Made by a program: the position numbers and the translations under genes. 64,000 nucleotides of DNA, taken from Firmicutes bacterium UBA5509 (GTDB lineage: Bacteria > Bacillota > Proteinivoracia > UBA4975). Of this stretch, positions 59,830-64,000 are shown in pieces. The notes beneath the pieces are model-generated. The model was not told the origin of the DNA, searched no databases, and was given only the letters and a program-made list of their open reading frames with translations. Numbering within the stretch: the stretch's first letter is position 1; each line of letters opens with the position of its first letter. The stretch covers positions 6,812 to 70,811 of the forward strand of contig DIOR01000021.1 in assembly GCA_002423965.1 (NCBI GenBank), read 5' to 3'.

Positions 59830-60036
59830 CGCAAACCCTCCTAAAAACACATTCCATTCAATATAGTGTTTCGCTACCGAGGCATTTTTTCCCTTTAATA
59901 AAATGCAGGAGACCTAGAGGTTTCCTGCAAATTGATTCCATGCTAGTCAGATGAAATTCAGTGTCCGCGCACTTCGTTATTCAATAAACGAGTCTCGCAT
60001 TTTCGGTCTGAAATTTTCAGTGCATTTGCTATAACT

Positions 60037-60726
60037 TCACTCACGACGTTTAATCGCATCGGCAATTTCAGCCCACTTCTTTTCGGAATGCATCACCCGC
60101 ATTAACCGTGAAAGCACCTTTAATGAGAATCCGAATTCATTAACACACTCCTCACACTCATCTTTAGTCATTGAAAGAGGAGTTCGGATTGAACCATCCT
60201 TAGCTATATCAACATATAGAGAAGCTTGTTTTATTTTGTTCTTATTCCACCCTTTATTACCTGAAAAGTCATCAAAGTAAATATCATCAATCGCATCATC
60301 AATCGCCTTCCTTATTTTCTCTAAAGAAAGCTCGGTCGTAACAAGAATACGCTTGTAGGATTCATCCCTAAAAAGGTTTTCAATAAACTCAATTACCCAT
60401 TCCTCATCTGTAATTGTCGCCTCATATTCTGTTTGCAATTCAGTAAGCAGTTCTGTGATTAGCCCTGCGCAAACTACACAAATCATTGAGTAATACTCCT
60501 TGAAATTGTGATAGTTGAGTAAATCACTAGTTTTATTGGATAAACCCATTGGGATTAGTGCCAATATCAAACCCTTCCCAACTTCCTCCAAGCCAATAAC
60601 AGATAAGGCCGCTGCGCTAGGAAATCGATTTTTCACAAGCAACAATTTAGCATCTTCATGCAATCTCTCCGCGTTTGCCATACATTCAAGTGCTGCTTCT
60701 CGATTTCGATAAAGCTCACTATCCAC
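60037..60726 (-). CDS. AbiV-family (HEPN-like) abortive infection protein
   Basis: NAERLHEDAKLL...SAAALSVIGLEEVGK...HNFK...KQASLYVD. Confidence 0.8.
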   Translation of the reverse strand: MDSELYRNREAALECMANAERLHEDAKLLLVKNRFPSAAALSVIGLEEVGKGLILALIPMGLSNKTSDLLNYHNFKEYYSMICVVCAGLITELLTELQTEYEATITDEEWVIEFIENLFRDESYKRILVTTELSLEKIRKAIDDAIDDIYFDDFSGNKGWNKNKIKQASLYVDIAKDGSIRTPLSMTKDECEECVNEFGFSLKVLSRLMRVMHSEKKWAEIADAIKRRE

Positions 60727-60788
60727 GAATTATTTCCCCCTTAATAATATAGTAATTCCTAATTGAAGACAATCAGTGCACAAGATAA

Positions 60789-61450
60789 TCACTTCAAACG
60801 ATGACCAATATGGGCTGCATATATAAAATCGGAATTTGCTTTAGTGGTGTTGTTATGTCTAGATACGTTAGTGATTTCACGTGCAACCCCAAGTATTGGA
60901 TGTAAAGGGGCAATGAGGCTTACAAACCTGTCTAGGCGAGCCTTCCAACCTTTCCTGTCCATAGCATCTTTTATCTGTATCATTTCTTCTCTGGCTTCTT
61001 GTAAGAAAAGATCTCGTTGGCGGTTTCTATAAGGTTCTTCTGTAATCTGAGCTAATTGTATAACTTCACGTTCAATTCTTCTTCTAAATTTACGAAGTTC
61101 TCGGCCATAACGATCCTTAAAACGTAATATTTTCCTAGCTGGTATTGCCTTACTTGGAACTGGTAGAATGCTGTCTAATATCTCAGTTCTGAACGAAGAT
61201 AATTGCAGCTCGAATTTACTAACTTGTATACCCGCTGTCAGAATTCTTTTTAGTTCTGCTTCATTCTCTGTAACAGGAGTGGCTGAGAGATCGTTATGTT
61301 GACTAAATACAGCAGCTAAATATGCCATAAAGTCTTTAGCTGTTTCATGTTCAACATAGAACCAAGGGTAATAATCAAGTTTGGCAAGTTTCATCTCTTG
61401 TAAAAAAATATGAAGGTTCCCGATCTTTTCAATATGAATTCTTGTAGCTT
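60789..61450 (-). pseudogene. DUF6236-like protein missing its N-terminus
   Basis: The frame continues upstream of M61394 as TRIHIEKIG; includes FMAYLA, ILPVP, ILRFKDRY..ELRKFR. The 5' part is replaced by opposite-strand fragments. Confidence 0.5.
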
Positions 61451-62270
61451 TTGTTCCTATCGGGGCCCAGGCGGACGTCCAACAAGCGATTAATGACGCT
61501 GAAGCCTATGTGGCCAATAAAGCAGAGACCTGAGTGGAAATATGGCTACCCCACCTTTCCCCCCTGGCAGAGTATCTCCTGGTCCAGGGCTACACTCCCG
61601 ATGACGGCTATGTCATCTGGACTTATCATCTTTAACTCCACGCCCTTCCCACCCTAGGCGTACAATAACTTCCCACACCATAGCCAGACCGATTTCCGGT
61701 CTGGCTATTATTCATCACAGAAAGATGTTTTGCCTTGCTCAAAGGCACTCCCGCGTTCTCAAGTTGTGCGATCTTACTAAATCCTGCCTTCTCATAGAGC
61801 TCAGCAGGCCCAGAATTATCAATCAGCGCCTATTGGCACCACTCCCCCACCAGCCAGCTTCCCATGCAAGGAGTAAATTCAGCAATAAGAGAACAGATGA
61901 AGTTAATATTGTGATAGCTTCTTGTGCGCTTTCCCACGTAGAATATATAAAATGGAGAACTCAAATCACCCACAATCCATAATTAAACGCCTAGCAAACT
62001 AGACTGTTCCCAATATAGAGGTGGAGAAAAATGAAAAAGCTCTTGATTGCCTTGATTATCCTGGTGGGCTGCAACACCGGCAATGGCAATGCCCCTCCCG
62101 AGGATCCCAATACCGGAAATGAAAATCCCGGGACCAAGCGATACTGGGAATGATAATGAAACCAGTGAGAACGGAATTAGTGGGGTATGGATGGGATTTG
62201 TTGTCCCTTATTGGCAGTACACACCCGTTGAGCGCTATCTAACCATTTATAATGTTATTTCTCCGATAAA
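61451..62270. other. Mosaic of short gene fragments (GNAT-like tails, membrane-protein piece, lipoprotein start)
   Basis: Plus strand ...AEYLLVQGYTPDDGYVIW*; minus strand GPAELYEKAGFSKIAQ near 61770-61815; plus strand RBS with MKKLLIALIILVGC at 62031 that stops after about 40 codons; hairpin TAGCCAGACCG...CGGTCTGGCTA at 61681-61708. Confidence 0.5.
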
Positions 62271-62271
62271 A

Positions 62272-64000
62272 TTAGTCGAGGACTATTGACGGAGTAATAT
62301 CTCTACCTTTTATTAATAAATTTACGGCTTTCCAAACAATCTCAGCTCTTTTCTTAATAAATTTATCAAAATCCCTTTCTATTTTATCCTTCTTCTCTGC
62401 TTCACTGAGCCCTTCATATCCTCCATTGGCTAATTCGGAAATGGGTATGAGATGAGAGTTAAGGCGTTCTTTTACTATTTCTTCCGCAGTCCACTGATAT
62501 CTTTCTTTTAAGTATTGCAATGGTTCTTTACGCCCAATAGATATATTTGTCCTGTCGGCAATCAAGGCACAATTTAATGCAAGATAACTATTTTGTTCAG
62601 CTTCTTTTAGAAGAGCATCTGGATAGATATGATGGTAATGGCGATGTTCAATATTGTTTAATGTAAGCTTCTCACCAGTTGCAAAGTCCTTTGCACCCAA
62701 ACGGCAGGTTATGGCGAGAATTGCACGCCCAAGAATCGTAGCTCGTTTTGGCCACTCGGCTTTTATTAACTCATCCTTCTCAACAATATTGTGATCGGCA
62801 AATATCGGCACATCTTCCTGGCCAAAATGCTGGCCATCCTTCTTTCTTTCCCCACAGATAATGCGTCTTAGGGCCACGAAATCAGCGAAGGCCCGACCAG
62901 CAGCTGAATTTTCGTACCGATCGCTGAAAAAGGAATACCAGAGGTATTTTTTCAAGAGCATCTCGTCCTGGCTCCGCTTATCGCCATGTTCCGGTATAAA
63001 TTTGTAGAGAGCGGCAATGACAGCCAATACAGCATTAGTTGGCAGCCTCTGGCGATCGTAGATTCCCTCTCCAGCGAGGAATTTCGTCATCCTATTTAAA
63101 CCTATCTCCATAACATTCCAGTTTGCAACCATTTGTTGCTTATCCATGTCCCAAGCGCCCCGCTGGTTAGGGATATAGTTCTGCAAGAGAGCAGAAGCCG
63201 TCAAGATTAGATCAGATAGGTCCCCATACCTTCTTACTGCAGGGTATTTTCTGTCCAGATCCTCCTGCAGATCATGGAGGGAACGCCCCATAACACTTTC
63301 CACCTCTGCCACAATTACGTCGTACTGAGTAAGGGGTTTGCTATTGGTATTCATTTTGATAAAAACATCCAGGGCCACGCTTTTATCTGTCTTGGCGGGG
63401 AGGGCAAGAAATGGAAGATTGTAGTTGGCAACAATGGACCTCAAATCTTTAATCTTGTCGCTGACCTTCCTTTTATAATCAAAGAATGCTTTTATTTCAT
63501 CCATAACGCTTCCATCCGGTTCAAGGTAGGAAGTTGCTGCATCAATCCATTCATCAATCTGCCCCTGAATGTCTTCAGGTTTCAAGAGGTTAGTAGGGAT
63601 TAGTCCCCTCTTTAAACATTCAACAGGAGAGTCGCACCAAAGAGGATACCTTTCACCGTTCTTAAAATAACGTGTCCGGCAAAATGCTGACAGATCAGCC
63701 AGACTGCTATAATCATCTTTATCAAAAGCCTTGATATAAATGTAATACGTCTCCCGTTCATAATTATTGTGAAAAGCCCGCCACAAAGCCGTCAATCGCT
63801 GTTGCCCATCCAACAACTGTTCCAGAACACGATGCTGGGTTTGAGGTGCTGCAGTTGTCAAATACCTAGAAATAAACTGCTCTTCTTCACCAACCTCAAG
63901 GGTTAAAGTAATACCCAAAGGCAGGCTCTGGACAACAGTCTCCAGCAGACTTGCAACACGGGGCCGATCCCATGCCTCATGGCGCTGGAAACGAGGCAAC
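62272..64000 (-). CDS. GmrSD-type modification-dependent restriction endonuclease (DUF262 plus HNH-like C-terminus); start lies beyond the window
   Basis: LPRFQR...W, LLDGQQRLT, FIKMNT (DUF262 motifs); HHIYP...NCALI...N. Confidence 0.88.
   Translation of the reverse strand, partial: LPRFQRHEAWDRPRVASLLETVVQSLPLGITLTLEVGEEEQFISRYLTTAAPQTQHRVLEQLLDGQQRLTALWRAFHNNYERETYYIYIKAFDKDDYSSLADLSAFCRTRYFKNGERYPLWCDSPVECLKRGLIPTNLLKPEDIQGQIDEWIDAATSYLEPDGSVMDEIKAFFDYKRKVSDKIKDLRSIVANYNLPFLALPAKTDKSVALDVFIKMNTNSKPLTQYDVIVAEVESVMGRSLHDLQEDLDRKYPAVRRYGDLSDLILTASALLQNYIPNQRGAWDMDKQQMVANWNVMEIGLNRMTKFLAGEGIYDRQRLPTNAVLAVIAALYKFIPEHGDKRSQDEMLLKKYLWYSFFSDRYENSAAGRAFADFVALRRIICGERKKDGQHFGQEDVPIFADHNIVEKDELIKAEWPKRATILGRAILAITCRLGAKDFATGEKLTLNNIEHRHYHHIYPDALLKEAEQNSYLALNCALIADRTNISIGRKEPLQYLKERYQWTAEEIVKERLNSHLIPISELANGGYEGLSEAEKKDKIERDFDKFIKKRAEIVWKAVNLLIKGRDITPSIVLD

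Noticed and set aside
57895-60036. Isolated GTTRRRY-like motifs after stop codons, suggesting integron attC sites
   Set aside because: No paired attC boxes, no repeated cassette structure and no integrase in the window.
1-64000. CRISPR arrays, tRNA/rRNA genes, reverse transcriptases, intact transposases, prophage genes
   Set aside because: None recognised in the intergenic regions or ORF track. Very short or divergent RNAs could be missed by eye.

Overview
A 64-kb chromosomal window from a monoderm, probably anaerobic member of the Bacillota. The evidence for this is a T-box-regulated tyrS, an LTA synthase, DegV, a YtaF-like gene and many SigH-type promoters. Most of the window is housekeeping, cell-envelope, transport, signalling and DNA-repair genes, plus a three-gene anaerobic purine-catabolism block (ygeY-ygeW-hyuA) and pseudouridine catabolism (psuK-psuG). 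The left edge is an AT-rich island with a CcpM-like radical SAM peptide maturase that the ORF track misses, preceded by a decayed paralog fragment. The right end (about 55.7-64 kb) is a decaying accessory/defence island: NERD-zinc ribbon, a PD-(D/E)XK relic, a BREX-3 brxF relic, AbiV, a DUF6236-like gene and GmrSD. The best candidate for an unusual system is a translationally coupled pair at 47.6-49.6 kb resembling Bacteroides serine palmitoyltransferase and 3-ketodihydrosphingosine reductase, which would imply sphingoid-base synthesis in a Gram-positive bacterium. Also notable are two membrane-tethered Mrr-type nuclease paralogs in housekeeping context, one catalytically degenerate. I saw no rRNA, tRNA, CRISPR array or intact transposase. 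All family calls come from recognising motifs by eye; no database search was run.
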